DNA of 50,524 nt, counting the filler, from Catajapyx aquilonaris (lineage: Eukaryota), in NCBI GenBank assembly GCA_000934665.2. It is 3 parts of 3 records of this genome, joined end to end, with 100 filler letters (N's around TTAATTAATTAA, not from the genome) between each part and the next. Parts side by side here need not be neighbours in the genome. Positions count along the whole stretch, not along the records: positions 33,755 to 50,524 come from JYFJ02007114.1; 2 more parts are not named here. One strand, 5' to 3'. Under the pieces are notes generated by a model, which was not told the DNA's origin, searched no databases, and was given only the letters and a program-made list of their open reading frames with translations. Within the stretch, counting starts at the first letter, position 1. The number at the start of each line of letters is the position of its first letter. This document shows positions 47,251 to 50,524 of this stretch, one piece after another. The position numbers and the translations under genes were made by a program.

Positions 47251-50200
47251 CCGGGCCTGAGGTGAAGGGGGCAGTAAGGAACAAAATAGTCATGAACCAC
47301 AGCCCGACTCGTCATCGTTCGGTGCAATGTCCTCATTCCTGAACAATTTTTTTGTCGCTTAATATTCTAGTTTATGGCAAAGAAAAGCCAACAATAAATC
47401 AATCATACCACCAGGACTATGGATCACCACGGCCGACGTTATGTATGCCTCAAGATTGCTGGCACAATTGCTACAAATAATTGCAGTAAAACATTACAAG
47501 CAAACAAAAAACTGCACTTCATGCTACCACTAACCTCTTCAATAGCTACCCATCTGTAAGGATGTACGAGCAGTCAACTGCAAAGCTTGTGGAGAGTTAC
47601 TCTCATTTGAAGCCCTTCCTGAATGCAAAAGCAAACGTAAGATCCATCTTCAATTTGCTCACAATATCTGCATCACTGAATGAGACTGTCCTAACTACAA
47701 CACGATCATCATCACCGTATCCATCGTTGACGATTTCCACTCTCACCAAGCAGAAACAGGTGCTTCCTCTGTGCAGAGAGACCTTCCTACACTACCTGCC
47801 CGAAGTCTGAGCAAACCTTGCATGTGCATAGTATCTCTCTCGACGACACGGGTGGAAAACATGGTTCACATCTTTTATAATAATGGGAGGGTAAAAGCAA
47901 GCATCACTAATATTATGAAAACCTTAATTACGGTACCAACTTAACAACCTGAGATTTAGCAATGTGACGGCTGTTGATTGCTATTGGTCTTGTTTTATAC
48001 CTTTTGATGGCGTTGTTCAATCATGGTTTCCAAGAGGTGGAAAAAACAACAACAAGAGTGAATGGCGACCGGCAACCAGAATGGGAAAAACCAAAAGTTG
48101 GTGCTCGTCTAAAAACCTAGCTTCCACCACACCGAGAAAAGGATTATGAATCTATAAAATTGAAATTACTTCGACATTTCATGATGCTTAAGCAGACGAA
48201 TAAGGAAAATGAGGATGGGGAGGGTTGATTTCTCTGAGAGGATTGATGCTGAGACAAGCATGGTTTGTACGAGTCACTTTACCTCTCCTGAAAAGTCAAC
48301 ATAAAATGTAAGATTTTCATGCCATATTACAGGCCCAAAAGACAATGTCTTGGATATTAAAATGTGGATGCAGTGGCAGCGCTGTACACGGCAAAGAAGT
48401 ACCTTTCCAAACGACTGTGAACCTAGGATTGAGAAACAATTTCGAGATATGTGCAAACCAGATCAGAACGGTACTCTCTCAGAGGACCAAATCCTAGAAG
48501 AACATGTGCTACAATATTACTTTACAATTATACTGTATATATGATAGAACCATTTCCATAATAGCTGGTTTTTATTTAAAATTCCATTTTAAAAATACCA
48601 TGTGTTTCAAATTGTTGGAAATTCAGCTAGGAATGACCACCAGCCAAATGATAAGGAGCACTTGTCAAAGTGAGATCCTGCAGATCATTGGGGAAAGAGA
48701 GACCAGAACGCAACACCAGACAAGTTGTCGTAAATGACACTTTTATTTTTATTTTTAAAATCCAGTCGGCGAAAAACAATCCCTACGAGGTTATGAACAA
48801 CGTCGCTGCAATGTTCCTCAACAGAAAGAGGATCAATTATTCTCAGCGGGGGGCAGTACGGCCTGAATTTCAGAGACAACTCAGCACACTATGATATTAC
48901 GTATACTAACCTCTGCAAAGATGTATGAGCAGTCAACTGCAAAGCTTGTGGAAAGTTACCCTCACTTGAAAGGAAAGCATTTCCTTAATGCAAAATCAAA
49001 CGTAAGATCCATCTGCACACGTTTTCTTACGTTTGGGTCAAAAATTATTTTTGTGTGTATGACAGAAGCGAGACTAATTATATAGGCTTCCCACCCAGCG
49101 GAAAGTATTAAAATCCAACGTCACCCAAAAACAAGACACTGCACTTATTATTTATTTCGTATTCGGTGAAGTCGTCATAGGGCTGTCCGAACGGATTTAC
49201 GATTTATTTATTTTTGTACCACTGTGCTGCTTACTTTTAACTTCTTACATTGACAAGGATTGTTTTAAATATGAAAATACGTAATAGCTTCTCATATTGG
49301 AATGAAAGTATAAATCATTTTTAACAAATGGAGTAAAGGTCGCTACTGGCATTTTGCATCTCGCTGTGCCAAAATGACTTTTCTTCCGCAGAGGATGACT
49401 AAGAGGAAGCGAGAAGAAGAATAAGTTTCTTCATGGCAATATAAAGGTGGATCCAAAACATGTGACCAGCACGTCACCCACCAGAAACCGCCTGCTTTTA
49501 AAGAAAGGCCATATTGTTGATGATAACTACTGCCAGTATTACCTTCCATGAGAAGTAAAAAGATAAGAAAGACGAAGACGGAAATGATAAGAAAAACCAG
49601 ACACAAGAGCTTCGACTGGCCATGCCATGCACGTAGGAACAGCAGGATTTTGAAGCAGATGAGCGCCTGCTGGTGAATGCAAGAAATGGAATAGTCGGAC
49701 TTCCACATTGTTGGCAGAATGGCTGACAGCACTATATTGAAAATTTGGCTGGCAACTGTGGGGCAACAATAATGGAAATAAGCAAGTGGTGCGACATCAG
49801 CCTCATCCGGATCAAATGTCAAGGTGGAGTAGTTGAAATACACAATGACCAATTTAGATCCGGCCGTAGCTACAGCCTGGCATCATTGAAGGTGCCAAAA
49901 ATGGGACCAATGATCTTTCCAGCGACTCAACAAACTCATAAGAGAAATAAGTGAAACCCCTGAAGACTAGGAACACTGCGGTAGACCTAATTCATTACTT
50001 AATTGGTATAAGCACATTGGGATATCTGGAATTATCTGGCCGGTTTTGGTATAAAACTCCGGGTGTCTCAAGTCATCTCCGCCTGCAACAGAGACAATAG
50101 GGCAACAATCCGGGTCTATTTGTATTGAACCTCTTGGAAGTAATTGTAATTGAAGTTGAAATAGCACACTCACCAGTGGCAGTAGGTATAGAGGTGTTAA

Positions 50201-50524
50201 TGAATAATTCACGAAATGAATCACTAGGCAAACTTGTCTCAATTTGTGTCAAATAATCATCCATCACGTATTAAGTCATTCATACAATTGCTAATATGTT
50301 TCCTAATTAGGACATTAGTACATGATATTTAAAAATAAGGACGAGTAACACTGCAGTCATCTGTGAAGACTGTCTTAGCGGTCCACTTTTTAGTATTACC
50401 ATACATGTGTTTGTAACATGTCCTGGAGTACTATCAGGGTCAAAAAGATTGTCGGACTGTTATGGAATCGTCCGCGACTTTTTCTCCCGCCAATCAGTGT
50501 GCCAGGTGCAGGTGATTTGGGCGA

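Noticed and set aside
1..50524. Prokaryotic-type systems (CRISPR array, operons, defence islands)
   Set aside because: The sequence is eukaryotic with spliceosomal introns, and no regularly spaced direct-repeat array was seen.

Overview
Eukaryotic (animal, probably arthropod judging by the LWxxF...CPSLAGKPKLFIIQACRG caspase style) scaffold with two 100-nt gaps (16788-16887, 33655-33754). The left 16 kb is a compact cluster of eight minus-strand genes. Five encode secreted, TM-less Ig-domain proteins (476-6417): two single-domain genes of different types plus three two-domain genes that look like fusions of those two types. Three encode tandem effector-type caspases with divergent substrate pockets (7076-15884; the third lacks its 5' exons before the gap). 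The remaining ~34 kb is mostly nested, decayed transposable elements (piggyBac, intron-containing Transib/RAG1-like, THAP-ISL2EU, CACTA-like, Harbinger with nested MITEs, a near-full-length LINE, hAT, Kolobok-like, Gypsy integrase). The most interesting signal is the Ig cluster: it has a Rosetta-stone fusion, loss of the canonical Ig cysteine, loop-focused divergence, mosaic paralogues and shared promoter motifs, and it sits next to co-oriented atypical caspases. Gene models were spliced by eye, and no database search was possible.
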